Assembly: GCA_964016885.1 (NCBI GenBank)
Contig: OZ024743.1
Location: 77,376,001 to 77,440,000 of the forward strand
From: Eledone cirrhosa
Lineage: Eukaryota
Length of the DNA stretch: 64,000 bases
Direction of reading: 5' to 3'
Of this stretch, positions 27,573-41,860 are shown one piece after another. Position numbers and translations under genes: made by a program. How positions within the stretch are numbered: the first letter of the stretch is position 1; each line of letters begins with the position of its first letter. The notes beneath the pieces were generated by a model that saw only the letters and a list, made by a program, of their open reading frames with translations, did no database searches and was not told the origin of the DNA.

Positions 27573-29420
27573 TCATCGTTTTTACGTGTTTTCCCATGCT
27601 TGCATGGGTTGGACAGGTCCTTCTCAGCACAGTCTCTCTACTTGCTGCATTTCTTTGTCATCTCTTCTGTGAGTCTCAGCAATTTGAGGTCAGCTCTCAC
27701 CACCTCTGTCCAGGTCTTTCTTGGTCGTCCTCTACTGCAACTTCCTTCCACTGGCATTTCCTGGTACTTCTTTACCCATCGATCATCATCCATGCACATT
27801 ACATGCCAATACCATCGCAGTTCCCTCTCCTGCACACCACATCCAATTCCTCTTAAACCCAGCTTCTCCCTCAGCTCATTCAAGGTCTGCCTTTCTCTGA
27901 CACTTTCATGGCACATCCAATAAAACATGGTTGCGTCATTTCTCTCCAGTCTACAATTCCTCTGCTGTCAAAGCCCATGTTTCACTACCATGAAGCATCA
28001 CACTTCGCACGCAGGTGTCATACAGTTGTCCTTTTGTTGTCAACAGTGGGAGTAGCTCTAAACTTCTTCCATCCTATCTTTATCTTAGCTATTATGTTTT
28101 CAGAGCACCCTCCTCCGTTACTAGTTAGGTCACCTAGATAGCAGAAGCTGTCAACTACTTCCATGTGACTTGACCTCTTTCCCTAGATTATTCCTGTGTA
28201 TCTTCTACATACAAAGTCTTTCTTTCCTGTTAGTCTATCCTTTATCTCACTATATCTTGTGTACCCAAGATTTACAGTGTACACTGTATGGAGTTTATAC
28301 CTACTCCTTTTCGACATATGGAGCAGGGCCACTTTCCTACTCAATGGCACTTTAGTTTTGGCTAAGTTTACCCTTACATTTTTTTATTCTAAATTCCGTT
28401 TCCATAGTCAGAACTAATTTTCTAGTTCTTTTATGGATTCAGTTATAAGAGCCAGATCTTCTGCATAGAGAAGTTCCCATGGACAGCCAGTTTTAAATTC
28501 ATCTGTTATGGCCTGGTGTACTACGATGAACAACAGTGGGCTAAGAACTGAACCTTGATGAACTACTTGTACCTTGAAATCCTCACTAAGCTCACTTCCT
28601 ACTCTCATTTTACTGACAGCTGCTCTGTACATAGCTTGCATGGCTCTCACAAGCCATTCTTCTACACTTAATTTCCTTAAGGACCACTAGATAATGGATG
28701 AAGGTACTCTGTCAAAGGCCATTTCTGGATCAACAAAAGCTAAATATAGTGGCTTATTCTTGGCTAGGAACTTCTCCTGTAGTTGCCTCACTCAGAAGGG
28801 GGCATATTACATTTCCCTGCATCTCATTTATTGACTCATTCCCTAATTAACTGTGCTATAACTCTTTCTGTCATTTTCAAAACTTGATCCATTAGTTTTA
28901 TAACTCTATAGTTGTTCCTTTCTAGGACATCAACTTTACCTTTGTAGCAATTTATAATTGTACTGCTGCACCAGTCATTGGGATTGACTCCATCTTGTAT
29001 TACCTAGTCAGCTATGCAGGTTATTAATCGACTCCTACTTCTGACGCTTTTAGCATCTCAGCAACTATCACTGGTCATGCAGCTTTACCATTTTTCACCA
29101 TTTTGTTTGCTTCTTTAACCCTATAAATGTTAACTTAAATAGCTGGTCCTTCTGTTAGGTAAGTTGGGGGTAGTTTCTCTTCTTCTCATTCATCCTCTAC
29201 ATTCATCAATCTCTCTTAGTAGCATTGTTTATTTTGCTGTCAATAACTTGGGTAGTGCATTCTTCCTCCTGGGAAATCCTTAATGTTTATTACAACCCGG
29301 TTATCTCATCTTACGAATAAGTTATCAATTTGGCTTGTGTGTTCACCTGATTCATATGAAATGAAGTGGCTGGCTGGTTTCCTGAAATTAGTTAATTCAC
29401 GTCACAGAATTCCAGGAGCG
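27573..29420 (-). mobile_element. Old decayed RTE copy with internal deletions
   Basis: Fragments [32 protein letters not shown]; many stops and frameshifts. Confidence 0.88.
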
Positions 29421-29447
29421 CCTCTGTGTGTGTGTGTGTGTGTCATA

Positions 29448-29600
29448 TCAAGCGGCGAATTGGCAGAGTTGTATAGAATGCTGTATGGTATTCGTTCCAG
29501 CACTCTGCTCTCTGAGTTCAAATCCCGCCGAGGTCAACTTTGCCTTTCATCCTTTCGAGATTGATAAAAAAAAAAGTACCAGTCTAGTACTGGGGTCGAT
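29448..29600 (+). mobile_element. tRNA-derived SINE
   Basis: A-box-like TGGCAGAGTTG, B-box GAGTTCAAATCCC, shared body. Confidence 0.78.
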
Positions 29601-30449
29601 TCTTCCTCTCTCTGGAAGAAATCTGCTGTATTCAGGCCTGGAGAGGGATTGGGCTCCACCAGGCTTAAAATACCCAAGAAACGCTGTATGTCGATATCGC
29701 ACCCCTACGACTATCAGGAGTTATGGGACCATACCATATATCATAACATCATCATAACCTAACATCCATTTTCCATGCTAGCATGGATAAGATGATGAGT
29801 TCTATTGTGAAACAAGTCAGAGCAAATGACTGTCTTGCTCATACAAAACTGTTTCTGATGCTAACCATATTTTAAGCAGGATCTGGGTGCTTTTTATTGT
29901 GGCACCAAAACAACCAACTGATAGGTTGGACTGGGTACTTTTTCATCGTGTCAGCACCACGACCACTTTACAATGTGGACTGAGGGTTTTTAGCCATTTC
30001 TGCAGCATTGTGGGAGAACATCTGCAGCTTTCCATGCTTGTATGATTGGGTTATATATATATTTTATCAAGCCCAAGTTCTGGTATTGTTACTCTGGAGT
30101 TTTGGCTGTGAACTCACAAGGTTATCAGAGACAACCTTAGTAATAAAAATATTAATCTTTACGGTATTGAGTACTTACTTTTGGGCCTATCAATACTATA
30201 TAATGGTGGTACCATGTCTTCAGCTAGTCAGAATAGATAAAGGAATAAGAGTAAATATTCAGTAGATATGTATGATCTCATCTAGGAATCATTAAGATTA
30301 AATTGTCCATTCAATAGGCTTCATTACCTTACATATTCATCCACAATGTTTCACTTATACACCATATCTACACATTAGCCATTTTATGGAAACAGCATTA
30401 ATACCAGTTGTCTAAATTTGTTCGTCACTGCAAACCCTAGCCACTTTAC

Positions 30450-30760
30450 ATGTGAACTCTTGGCTCTTGAATACCCCTCCCCCCTCCCCAGCGCTCTTAT
30501 TCCAAACCCCCTTGTTGCTTATCAAATTTTGCTAATCTATCTCTGGTAAAATTTTATTTTAAGTGGTAGCATTCCTAAAAACATACATGACAAAAAAAAA
30601 GAACATTACTAGAAATCCCACACGTTATAAAATAAATAGGATGGGTTGGGGTCTCAATATGTAAACTAAATGGCTAATTCTGGATTAAAAAAAAAATATC
30701 AAAGAATATAACCTAAAAAATTACCCCCTCACCCACATAAGCCCCACTAACAAAATTTCT
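30450..30760 (+). repeat. Unclassified interspersed repeat (inverted copy at ~37500-37790)
   Basis: CATTACTAGAAATCCCA..AAATAAATAGGATGGG..GGTCTCAATA matches the reverse complement of 37588-37730. Confidence 0.7.
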
Positions 30761-31350
30761 GTGTAAATCGTTGGATTACAGACAGTTAAAGTCTATCTGT
30801 TCATGTACTCTATCTGAAGTTAACTGGTAGAATCCTATTTTGAAACCTCAATCAGAAGAGGATTTCAACAGCACTGCGTACTATCTAAATATTTTATAAT
30901 TATATAGAATCTCATATACTCTTCAAATAACTACATTTAAGAAACAATTTCACATTTTTATCGTTTCTGTCAGATTTTAGATAGATTTTGTAGTCTTAAT
31001 TTTCCTTATTTCAAATCCATATCGTACTGACTGCTCTAGAAACTTGATTCAGTCTTTATTTATTCTCATGTGAAAGAATTTGACCTCAGTATGGGTAAAC
31101 CAACAAATTACTTGTCAATTTTCAAGAGCTTGGCATCTCCCCTTTTTCTTTTATTAAATCTGCTTTGTTGTCAGGTAACTGCGGCAGACATTCAGTACCC
31201 TGTACTTGTCACAATATAACTTCAGGATTATCAACTAATGAATGAGTATATTACCTTACACATTCCTTTATCTTATCATAATATATAAAAAGTATAACAA
31301 CATTGTATTAATAGAAACTTGTCTAACAGGTGGCAAATATTATATATAAA

Positions 31351-31682
31351 TCTTTATATATATAAAAGCGAGGATGTGTGTGTGTCTGTGTACAACTTTG
31401 CATGCTTAAGGCTTGCACAATTACCAACTGAATTTGACCAAATTTTCTGTGCACGTTGCACAGGTCGCTAAGATTGTCACATCACAAACATTTTTCAAAT
31501 CGACCCACGTTGAGCAATAAAAAAAATCGATATCAAAATTATCGGTAGCAAAATTGATGTAAGGGAGATAACCAACTTAAACATCAGATTCATTTGAAGA
31601 TAAATCACTAATATTATCGTTTGTTTCTTGTTTATTCTTTGTTGCATTTCAAACCCCGGGCAACGCCGGGTAAATCTGCTAG
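31351..31682 (+). mobile_element. Non-autonomous Helitron
   Basis: A|TC 5' end; subterminal hairpin CCCGG gcaacg CCGGG followed by CTAG|T. Confidence 0.8.
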
Positions 31683-32493
31683 TACATTATATAACTTTAC
31701 ATTATTTACAAGTTATACATAAAAAAAATTGCCAGTTAAGTACTAGGAGGTCGTATCTTCCTCTATATTCTTTTCTTACTTCCTCATTCTCACTGTCTCT
31801 CATTCTCTGGAAGAAATCTGATGTAATCAGACCTGGAGAGGACTCTGCCAGGTTTAAAATTGCCCTAGTAACATTGTATGTCAATATGGTGCCTTTGTGG
31901 TTCCCTCAAGAGTTGGAGGACCATGAAACATAAAAAACACATTATTTAACATTGATGATTTCAACCCTACTTTTGGCAGCTTTACAGGTAGCTCAATAAT
32001 TCTATTACTACCACTGGACATCATCATTATACATCTGCTTTTCACACTAGCATGGGTTGGATGGTCTGTCACAGTCTGAGACTAGATTGGTTACAGCAAT
32101 AAATCTTGTTTGTTATGTTTCATATTTGACATGGTTTCTAAGACTGGATGCCCTTCTGAATGCCAACCACCTTAGAGTGAACTGAGTGCATTTTATCATA
32201 GCACCAACAGTGACACTTTACAGTTATAAATATAGTAAAAATTTATTAAATCTTTCAACATTTCAAAAGTTTTTTATAGCTTCAAGAGAATAGAAATTAA
32301 AATCTGTTTTAACAAGCTTTAATATTAAAGTGTTGTTGTTTTTTGTTTTTTTTATATCTGGTTGATAAATTATAAAAATCTAAAATGTGTTCATATGTTA
32401 GAAAAACATGAAAGGACAGAGCGATTAAAGTGTTTTCATTGGCAAAGAAAAAAAAGAGTGAAAGGTTTATTTTTTTTTTAATACAAAAATTAA

Positions 32494-32725
32494 CCCTTTA
32501 GTTTCCAGCCTGACCAAAACTGGCCCTGGTTCTATGAAATAAAACCACCCATTTTAAAGGTTTCCAATTTAAATTAAAATCTTCCAACATAATTTTGTAT
32601 AAGAACCTTACATTAAGTTGTTATCTTAGTAATGAAATAATTAATAATTTCAGTAAATCCTTCAAAATTCTTCAGTAATTAATTAAAATAAAGTGTATTT
32701 CATTAGAAATACGGTCATGAAAGGG
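32494..32725. mobile_element. piggyBac-type MITE
   Basis: TTAA-CCCTTT ... AAAGGG-TTAA; related copies at 34604-34817 and 59890-60076. Confidence 0.75.
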
Positions 32726-33269
32726 TTAAATAGATCTAATATATATCTCCCTTATTATAAATGATACATGAATCTTAATATCTTTCTATAATTGTTCAAA
32801 TCCATCATTAGGAAAGGCACATGATTAAATAGCAGTCTAATTGTATGAAAGAAGTACTAACATTGCAAATAATTCCTTTTGTACAATTCTGCAGCAATTC
32901 ACTGGACACTGTAGTATCTAGCCAACAATTTACTATCCATTATATGTTTTTACTATAACTATTAAATACTTTCATACCTTCATAATTTCAATTTCTAGGA
33001 AAACGTTTTCGCCTTCATTTTTGATAAGTTAACCTTTAGTATGCTAGTAATTTTTATGAGTTGTTTCTCTTGACACTGTATTATCTATTAAGGGGAGATT
33101 ACTGTATGATGTATTTTGTCGCCTCCAGCACTCTAAAGGTTAAACACTTTTATTTTCTGGAAATGAAGTTTCAGAATCTTTAATGTAATATCACAATATT
33201 AAGAAGGTATATACAATTATGTAATAGAAATAAGAAAACTTATAAAATGTGGAATGGCAAATACTTAAA

Positions 33270-33758
33270 AGAGGTGTCATGATGAACAGCACCCAGTATA
33301 CTGCAAAGTGGTCGTATAGGTGTCGCGACAAAAAGCACCCAGCACACACTGTAAAGTGGTCCTGTACGTGTCATGACGAAAAGCACCCAGTACACTCTGT
33401 AAAGTGGTTATGTAGGTGTCACGACTAAAAACACCCAGTCCACACTATAAAGTGGTCATGTAGGTGTCACGACCAAAAGCACCCAGTACACACTATAACG
33501 TGGTCATGTAGGTGTCACGACCAAAAGCACCCAGTACACACTATAAAGTGGTCATGTAGGTGTCATGACAAAAAGCACCCAGTTCACACTGTAAATGTGG
33601 TTGGCATTAGGAAGGGCATCCATCTGTAGAAACCAAGCCAGAAACAGTTCTGTATGAGCAAGTCACAATCACCTGATCTGGCTTGTCTCACAGCAGGACA
33701 ACTTGTCTAACTCCTGCTAACATGGAAAAATGAACATTAAACGGTGAGGATGATGATA
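33270..33758 (+). repeat. RTE 3'-UTR-derived element containing a 48-bp minisatellite (~6.5 units)
   Basis: Unit AAAAGCACCCAGTACACACTATAAAGTGGTCATGTAGGTGTCACGACC at 33284, 33331, 33379, 33427, 33475, 33523, 33571; then the RTE terminus and GATGAT. Confidence 0.88.
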
Positions 33759-34195
33759 TTACAGGTGTAAACAGACTTTTTGAATGTAGGAACATCCTGT
33801 TTGATGGAGATTTAGACAGTTTTTACCTTTACTTCTGCAGGTGACAAAAACTGCTATTATTGATATTTGTATCAAGCACTCTTACCTGTGATTACATTTC
33901 AAACAATATCAGCTAACCCCAAATTTGAGTGCCATTGAACATATAATAGACTTTGCAAAATTGGTTACTTCAAATTGGAAATGGAACTGCTTCAGTAATA
34001 AAGCAGTCATTTACCTATACTGATGTAATGTGTGATGAAGGATCAATAATTGATCATATATTCAGCAGTACAATACTGAAAGATGAGCTATCATGTCTTA
34101 TTATCTCACCTTAAAACACAAGCTGTCTAACAACCAACAATGAACAACTGACACTTCTTCCTCATAATTCTCAATATTTCAGTAAGGAGAAATTA

Positions 34196-34385
34196 ATTGT
34201 TTCTACTTTTTGGCACAAGGCCAGCAATTACCCAGTACATTACTGGTACTTTATTTTATCGACCCCGTAAGGATGAAAGGCAAAGTTAACCTTGGCGGGA
34301 TTTGAACTCAGATCATAAAGGGACGTAAACTATGCTTCAAAGCATGGCGTCCGACTCTCTACTGATACTGCCAATCCACCGCCAA
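34196..34385 (-). mobile_element. tRNA-derived SINE (near complete)
   Basis: Minus strand TGGCGGTGGATTGGCAG...GAGTTCAAATCCC plus body; flanked by the direct repeat TCAGTAAGGAGAAATTAAT (34179/34387), a probable TSD. Confidence 0.82.
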
Positions 34386-34603
34386 TCAGTAAGGAGAAAT
34401 TAATGGTGATCAATTAGCTCAACTTCTAAACTCATTCACTTTCTCTTCAATATCACTACATGTTAAGTTAGAAAACTGGAGCAGTTGCGTTACATTTGTG
34501 TTTTTAATTTTTGAAACTGTTGACGTTTTGTTAAGTCATACCTTAACTGTACAAATTTTGATAGAACTAGAATGGCATCACATGATACAGATTTACTGTT
34601 TAA

Positions 34604-34817
34604 CCCTTTTGTGACTATTTTTCATGAAATTCTCTCTATGATTAATCAATGAAGAATTTTGATTTGTTAAAATTATTGTTTCATTACTAAGTAATTAAAC
34701 ATATGGTTCTTATATAAGATTATGCTGGAAGATTTTAATTTAAATAGAAACCCTTTCAAAAGGGTGGTTTTGTTTCATAGACCACAGCCAATTTTGGTTG
34801 GGTTGGCTTCAAAAGAG
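34604..34817. mobile_element. piggyBac-type MITE (opposite orientation to 32494)
   Basis: TTAA-CCCTTTTG ... CAAAAGAG-TTAA; interior is the reverse complement of the 32494 family. Confidence 0.65.
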
Positions 34818-35094
34818 TTAAATAAGAAAAGATAAAATTTCCACTATATTTTTCATATTCTGTGACTAAATGAAACACAAGGTGAGACTTTCAATAAAAT
34901 AGGAATATATTTATTACAGTTAGCAGTCATACCTGGACAAGTATGTCTCTTTTTCTAGAGCTAAAAAATCTTGCGATGAGCCTGCAACCTGTCTTGGGAG
35001 GTGTGAGATGGATGCACAAAGATTGTATATCCCAAGACCCCAAAGAGGGTTGGAAATGAGCAAACCTTGACAATTGGTAACTGGAATATTACAA

Positions 35095-35692
35095 TCCTTA
35101 CAGTATCAGTGGAATTCCACTGAAGCTGGTGAAGGTCAAGTATCTCAGGGTTATGTTCACAAGTGATGGAAGGCAGAAGGCTGAATTAAGTGCAAGAATT
35201 ACAGGAGCTGGTGCAGTAATGTGTCAGCTTCAGCATTCAGTAATCAGAAGGGAGGTAGGTGTAAAAGCCAAACTTGCTATCTTCAGATCATTATTCATGT
35301 CAACCCTTACCTATGGTCATGAATCTTGGGTAATGACCGAAAGAATATGATTGCGAATACAAGCGGCCAAAATTGGATTCCTCTGAAGGTTCTTTGGAGT
35401 AACATTACTTGATAGAGTGCATAACTCGGAGATCAGAGAGTCACTCCAGGTAGAGTCACTACTTCTCTGAATTGAGAGATCACAGCTCCAATACTATGGG
35501 CTTATGGGTAAAATGTCTCAGGAAAGAATCAGGCAAAAACCAACTGGCAGGAGACCCAGGGGTAAACTCTGAACAGGATAGTTGGATAACATCCATGAGC
35601 TCAGCTGGGCTCTCTTAGGGATCTAGTTGAATCAATTGGAGACAGTTGCTTCTGACAGGACCCTCCCAGGAATAAGTGGGTGAAGAAGAAGG
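35095..35692 (+). mobile_element. Decayed Expander/Rex3-like RTE 3' fragment
   Basis: KYLRVMFTSDG..KAKLAIF..TYGHESWVMTERI; ends in a GAAGAAGAAG tail. Confidence 0.8.
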
Positions 35693-38600
35693 GTTCTATT
35701 CTTAGTTCTCTTCTATTCATGATAATCCCATGGGTTTTTCTTTTTCTTCCATACAAAGGAAAGACCACATGAAGCATGCATTACAAGGTGATAATGTATG
35801 GCAGTAAAACATGAATAGTAGTAGTAGATACAAATGATTTGTAGTGACAGAAGAGGAATGAACTCAGTGGCTGCTTGTGAGCAGGATATATGATTGTGTT
35901 CATAGCATGCAGTGTAAATGATATTATTTTCTAAATTATTTTACTGGTCACTGAATTAGGCTGTGCTTAGGCACTGTCTTCAAGAGTTTACTTAATTACA
36001 TTGATATTTATATTTATTTGTTTGGTTACTCAGTTACAGGGCACACACAAATATATATGTATACCATGGGCTTCTACACAGTTCCATCTACCAAATTTCA
36101 CTTCCAAGGCATGGGTATAGTAGAAGACACTTACTCAAAGTCCCATACAGTGGGAGAAAACCTGAAACCATGTGGTTGCAATACAAACTTCTTAACTTCA
36201 CAGCTGAGTCTGTACATATATATGAGAGTAATTTTTATAGAACAGAATTAAACCGATTTAATAAGTATTTAAGTATAATTGTTTCTACTTTTGGCACAAG
36301 GCCAGCAATTATCCCAGTGTATTACTTGTACTTTATTTTATCGACCCTGTAAGGATGAAAGGCAAAGTTAACCTCAAGTATAATGTCCATTATACTAGCC
36401 AGCTATTTCATTAATAATTAATAACACAGTCAAACATTTCTGGTAGTTGTGTGTATCATAAACACTGCTAGTTTCCTTCCTTTTAAGGAGTGGAGAACGT
36501 GCTATAAGCATGAAAGAGATTCTTATATTGACATAAGGTTTAGTGATTTATCATTAGGACATCCAGTTGTAAAAACACACAACAAAACCTTGTAACATAT
36601 CTTAGGAAACATGATAAAAGAGTGAAGATGTTTACAAAGTTACTATATTACAATTCAGTCTGAACCATGCCAACATGGAAGGCTGTTAATATATCATTTA
36701 TATAATCAGTGGCATTTACAATTTAGTATTTTATTCTGTCCTTTTTTTTTTTTTTTTTTTGGTAGTGGTGGTGGTGGTGGGTTGTTGGGGGTCAACTCTG
36801 GTATAATGTAATTATCTATTCAAATATTGACAGATATTCCATCATCATTTTACGTTCTTTTTTCCATGCTGTCATCTGTTGGATGAGGCTTTTTAAGGCA
36901 GAATTCTACAGCTGGGTACCATTCCTAACATAAACCTTTGCTTGTTTTTTTAAAAATAAGTTACAGGTCTTTGCACATTTAACTAGTGAGCAGCAGGATC
37001 TCTGTTTCTATGAGACCTAAACAAATATCAATACTTGTGATGTCAAATAGAAATGGTGCACGCGCGGCTTCTATATAACTTCCATCTCCCCAATTCCCTC
37101 AAAAGCATTGGTCAGTCCTAAGCTATAGTAGAAGACACTTGCGCAAGATGCTATGAAGTGGAATGGAGCCTGATACCATATGATTGCAAAACAAACCATA
37201 TCTGCATCTTTCTAAAATATAATAAATAGTAAAGAGGGAAATAAGCAATTCTTTACTAAAATTAGGAATTTCTCTAATGAAATGAAATCTTAAAGATGTA
37301 AGCCAACTTTACTATGAAATTGTAGCAAAAGAAAGTGGAGTGAAGTGTTTAGTGTCAAATATCAAGGTTATCAACAGCATATAAACTCATAGCTCATCAA
37401 CTTCCATAACAACGGTCTATTTGCTTACCTATTTCAGCCTTTAAAATCTAAATAGGAAATATGTAAAGGCAAGTAATGAGGGACTTTACTAATATACTCT
37501 AGGGTCCCAAATGATGGGGTGGGGGTAATTTTTCTGGGTTATCTCCGCTGATTATTTTAATAAACCAGAATTACTCGTTTATCTTGCTTATTGAGATCCC
37601 AAGCCCATCCTATTTATTTCATAATGTATGGGTTTTCTAGTAATGTACTTTTTTGTCATGTATAAGGTTTTTTAATGACTAAAGAAATGTTACAACTTAA
37701 AATAAAATTTCGCCTGAGATAGATTAGTAAAATTTAATAAGCGGAGGGTGTGGTGGGGGGAGACGATTATTTGGAAGCCAAGAGTATCTAATTAACACAC
37801 AGTTCAGCTTTGTTAGGGAAAGTGGACCTTAAATGATGATATTTATATATGTATAGCATCTAACTTAAATATTTTAAATTAGTTTTTCATTTTTGTATCA
37901 AACAATAAACCTGATATGCTCCCCAAATTAACTCGTCTTTCTGCTGTTGAGAGATAGGGTCAGGAAAATCACTAATCCATATTAAGGAAAACCTTATCCC
38001 TCACCTTTTAGTCTTGGGCAGGGTGCAATTAAACCCCTAAAATTTGCTCTAAATGGTAGGCCTCACTATCTTGGATCATCTTTTCTGGTGACCCACAAAC
38101 AGTCTTTGGAATGAAGTTTAACTTTCTCTCCAGCTCCAAAAAATTGTGATAAGTTGGTGACTTTCTCAAAAGCGTAAGTAAAACCTATAGTAGTGGTCAA
38201 CTGATTGGTTAGTGAAAACTTATTTAGTAAACCATTACAACTGCTGACCCACAAATATACTATCTCCTCTATTGCCACCACAACAGCATCTGTTGTTCTG
38301 AATGAACTATTTGTATACCACTCTAGCCTAACCTACATGTCTCTGTTATACTCTTGTCACTCCACTATTTCACTGCCTAATCCCTCCTCTAGCTACTTAA
38401 GTACAGTATATTATTGGTATGTGATGTAGAAAAGCAAATTGTTGGTTGATTTGGTCCTACAGAAGCTGTACTTGTGGTCACTGTGAAGATAGACTCAAAA
38501 TTTACAATTGATTTGAGATGTTGATGATTTTTGTCAGAGTTAGCGATGTCTTTCTTGGGAATTGAACGCAACTTCACATATTTCCATGGATTAGAATACA

Positions 38601-39829
38601 TCCCTATATACAGAAAGAGTGAACAGTTTCACAAGAATAGTGTTGCATTGTTTGGGGAGAATCGAATAGGTACTGTCAGAAATGATCACCTTATTGAGTT
38701 GGGATGATCAAAGAAGTTTTTGTACATGGTAGAGAAGTGGTGTGCAAAGGATAATTTTGGAATAAAAATTTCTATTAGAAGTTTGACATGTTAAGTTTGA
38801 GCTTTTAATGTTCTCAAATAGACACACTGTAAGATTAGAAGGCAGAGTATTTTCTTGTCAGAAAATAAATGCAGCTGTAAGCAATAGATAAAATGTTAAT
38901 AAAGTGCAGTGAGTTGATGAAATAATGAAACCCTGTTTCTAGCAACATTTTTTCCTGTTTTGATCCTGTGCCATCACAGCACTGATATAACAATTAACTT
39001 TCATTTGATATTGAGAATACTTTTTCATCTAGTACATATTACTTCATATTATATATCTATTTGTTTAAAAATTTCTCCTACGTATAACAACTAATATCAT
39101 TGATGCTAATCAATTTAACACAACTTTTCTTGTAAGTTAATGTTATGTATCTAATGGATTATACATAACACATTGCTTTCCAATTGCAGCACATGTGTAT
39201 TTACTGCCTCATTACCAAATACTGTTATACTTTTTACATTCCTCTCATATGATTCTTTGTTGCTTACAATAATATCACTAGCTCTACTTTGTACTCTAAA
39301 GATGTGATTTAAGTAACATATATTATCTGCTACTTATTTCCAGGACTTATCCAAACAGATGATATGATGATGTAAATCTGAGGCATACTATACAAAAACA
39401 TTTTAATTAAAAAGTTATTAAGAGGAAAGGTTAAAAATAGATAATTGTAGTAAGTTAATCTTGGGTGAATAAAAGTTCTTGTTTTGTTGAGCGAGAAAAA
39501 TGATTTCAAGTAAAATTTTGCAACTATTCCTTGTTAGATTTAAAACCTAATTACCTCATCAAACCTAATTACCTCATCAATACATTCCAACTAAACACTT
39601 TTAAGCATGAGAAAAATTATTAAATATATACATTACAATGTGTATTTGAGAATAAATATGAATTGTAATTTTGTAACAAGGTATATTCTTACCACAAAAG
39701 ATGTTGACTGTTGTGTGGGGGTGAGGTGGGTGTTGACAGTTATTGGGAAGACAAGGACAATATTTTCTGACCTCGAGTTCATCAACATCTGTTTAGGGAG
39801 AGGTGAAGAGCTTATCCAAAATTGTTTAT

Positions 39830-41280
39830 ATTGCATCATCTCTTTATACAGCTCAGTATAGAAATTGAGCTCATTGTAAATTCCCCTTGTAATGTTATGT
39901 TCACAATTAGTATTATCAGCAAAAACTTTCATACTTTTCTCTATAAGTGTAAACTCTTCAACAATATTCTTTCCAGTCAATTTAAGTGGAGTTGCTGAAA
40001 TTTCTGTGTTTTTAGCTTCCTTCTCTTATCGTAACAGCATCACTGCCTCCTTATACAAACTTGGGACACAGCAACTTTACTACGTCATCCTCTGATGTCT
40101 TCAAACCTTACATTATTTGCAAGTGCATTATCTTTCTAAATTTGATGTAGATATTTGGCTTATGGAAATCTATTAAAATCATGGCTACAGTCTGGCTATA
40201 TATTTTTCCAAACACCATTCAAAGTTGAGGAGTTCATAGTTCCACTCAACTATGTTATCCACAGCATCCATAATGTTGAACTTTTCCCATAAGTATCTAA
40301 CTATAAGTTTGTCCTCCCTGTCAAGTTCTCAGATAATATACCTTGAAGATAGGCACCACATCTTGCTGGAGCAAAGAAGTTGTGTCCTTGGGGATATATT
40401 CTGCTCTCACATTATCAGAAAGCTCATTTAAATTCATTGGGTGGCTTGGTGCATTGTACAAAAGGAGCAATACTTTGTTGGAAATATTACGTCTGGTACT
40501 GTAGCTTTCTGAAGCATGACAAAAAATATTTGTAAACCAGTCTTCAAAAAGGATCTTGGTCATCTATGCCTTCTTGAATGCCAAATCAAAAATAGATTAA
40601 ACTTTGCATAACCCTTGAAAACTCTTGGGTTTCCAGAGGGATACATAAGTAGGGGCTCTAATTTTTTATCACCAGTGACATTTTCCCCCAGAAGTCTCAA
40701 ACAATTTTTGGAAGCGTTAATCCCTGATGTTGATTATTCTCAAGAAACAAAAGTTTTAACAAGCTTGCATTTTCAGAAGGGCCTTGTTTCAACACTATAC
40801 TTTCTCTGATGTGGTTTTCTTTAGCAATCATTTTTTTCAACACGATAATTAGTAGCAGCCTTTGTATCATCACTGGCAGTATCTCCAGTCATTTTAATGT
40901 AATGTAAATTCAAGTTCTTTTTAAATCTTTCAAACCATACTTTACTAGCCAGAAAGTTGTTTCATTAGATATTTCACCTTTTTTCTGAAAATCATCATAC
41001 AAGCTTATAGCTGTTTCTTTTTTAATTACCATTATGCTTATCAACACATTACATCAACTTTGATCCATACACTCAAGAGATGTTTCATTTTGAGTATTGC
41101 ATTAAACCTATGAAAAAATTATATCCGGGCAGTTATTGGAGTAGCTTCTTACCACTTGACTACATTCTCTCTCTATGGTCACATACTGTTCCCACTGTAG
41201 ACATTGCATGTACATACCTCAATCCATTTTAAAACATCCAAGTTTTAATCCAGTGTAATCTCTTTGCAGTTCCTTTTCCC
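39830..41280 (-). pseudogene. Decayed pogo/Tigger-family (DDE_1) DNA transposase
   Basis: ASKVWFERFKK..LHYIKMTGDTASDD (CENP-B-like HTH end); FEDWF..KVLLLLYNAPSHP..PKDTTSLLQ..FKVYYLR; many stops. Confidence 0.82.
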
Positions 41281-41499
41281 ATTAGTACTTTCACTTCCAC
41301 TTCATGGCTTCTTCCCATGTATGTATGCGTGTATGTATGCACACATGCACAAGGATGTAGTCAACAGTGGAGCAACATGTTCTATTTTCTGTACTGGTTT
41401 TCTCAAATTTATCTCTGGCATTGATTCATTTATTACTTCTAAGATACATCTCTCATTATGCATATTACATATTATTCTTTATTTGTATTATTGGTAGTA

Positions 41500-41700
41500 T
41501 CAATAGAGCACCAGACACCATGCTTTAAGGTATAGAGTTACAGCCCTTTACATTCTAAGTTCAAATCCTGATGAGGTTAGTTTTGTTTTTCATCCTTACA
41601 GGGGTGATAAAATAATGTACCAGTAATGCACTGGGGTTAATTTAATCAACTTTCCTCTTCCCTTCAAATTGTTGGCCTTGAGCCAAATGTAGAAACATTT
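41500..41700 (+). mobile_element. Diverged tRNA-derived SINE
   Basis: AAGTTCAAATCCTG plus diverged shared body. Confidence 0.65.
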
Positions 41701-41860
41701 TGTCAATCCTATCTATGTATTATTATTCTGATATTTGTGTTGAAACAATTGTAAATAATTAAATGTTCTAAGAACTTTTATGTCATCTTAATTTGATTTA
41801 TATACTCTGTGTTAAATATGCCACTCTTCCCTGTATGTCTATCTTAAAAGATATAAACAC

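Noticed and set aside
33284-33600. Regularly spaced repeats resembling a CRISPR array
   Set aside because: Whole 48-bp units repeat without unique spacers, the context is eukaryotic, and the unit derives from the RTE UTR.
38066-38760. Short minus-strand ORFs in non-repetitive-looking DNA
   Set aside because: Interrupted by stops, with no recognisable domain or consistent splice pair.
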